This document shows, piece by piece, positions 63,441 through 64,000 of a stretch of DNA of 64,000 bases. The stretch comes from Dipteris shenzhenensis (taxonomy: Eukaryota): NCBI GenBank assembly GCA_047967505.1, contig CM106538.1. One strand, given 5' to 3'. The position numbers were made by a program, and so were the translations under genes. The first letter of the stretch is position 1; each line of letters begins with the position of its first letter. The notes beneath the pieces are model-generated. The model was not told the DNA's origin and made no database searches. It saw only the letters and a list, made by a program, of their open reading frames with translations.

Positions 63441-64000
63441 CGTTGGAAGAAGCTGTCTCCTTTAGCCTTGGAGGCTTCTAGACCGAGCCCTCCTTCGACT
63501 TTAGGACTGTAAGAATAATGCCTTGGGAAGCCATGCCAGTGATCTCGCCAAAAGAAATCAGACGCCAAAAGTTCCACTTCAGTAAGGACTTGCTGCGAAA
63601 ATGGAAGAACTGAGGACAAGAACAACATAGTAGGCGATAGTACGCTTCAACACAGTTAAGCAACCCAACAAAGACAAACGTTTGTCCTTCCACTTCTGAA
63701 ACTTGCCGCGAACTCTTGCCAGACACCAATCCAAGCGTTGCTTCATGGTAACACCTGGCAGCCCAAGCGGACAACCAAGATAGTGCAGCACATATCCCGG
63801 TTTTATAACCTAAAAACCATATTGCTCAACCCACTACGGCTGGCTATCCCAGTTTAAAAATAGCACTGTTGTTTTAAATCTATTGATCTTAGAATCAGAG
63901 ACGAGGGCTCATAAATATTCAACAGTGTATCGAGATTGGACTGAGTAGCTTTGATCAATTGGAATTATTCGTTAGCAAAGAACTGCGCAGCAAAATTCAA
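63441..64000 (-). mobile_element. Fragment of another L1 ORF2 (post-RT region)
   Basis: YLGCPLG...WKDKRLSLLG and PKVEGGLG motifs. Confidence 0.7.

Overview
Repeat-dominated eukaryotic DNA, almost certainly from a land plant. The LTR elements use the plant initiator-Met tRNA PBS TGGTATCAGAGC, and there are Ty1/copia elements and plant-type L1 LINEs. The very large TE-filled introns suggest a large-genome seed-free plant such as a fern, but that is inference. Most of the window is nested retroelements: a chimeric copia, non-autonomous and gag-only LTR elements, several L1 LINEs (two with twin-priming-type inversions), RTE-like LINE remnants, an ORF1-only non-autonomous LINE-like family, a MULE-like insertion and a ~1 kb tandem array. 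Among them lie six small plus-strand exons (743 nt spread over 44.6 kb) with canonical GT-AG sites and matching phases. They splice into a stop-free 247-aa segment of a phosphoinositide 3-kinase (helical/PIK domain plus the start of the kinase lobe). Its motifs look class I/II-like, leaning class II, rather than Vps34, the only PI3K class generally recognised in plants. The gene continues beyond both ends of the window.
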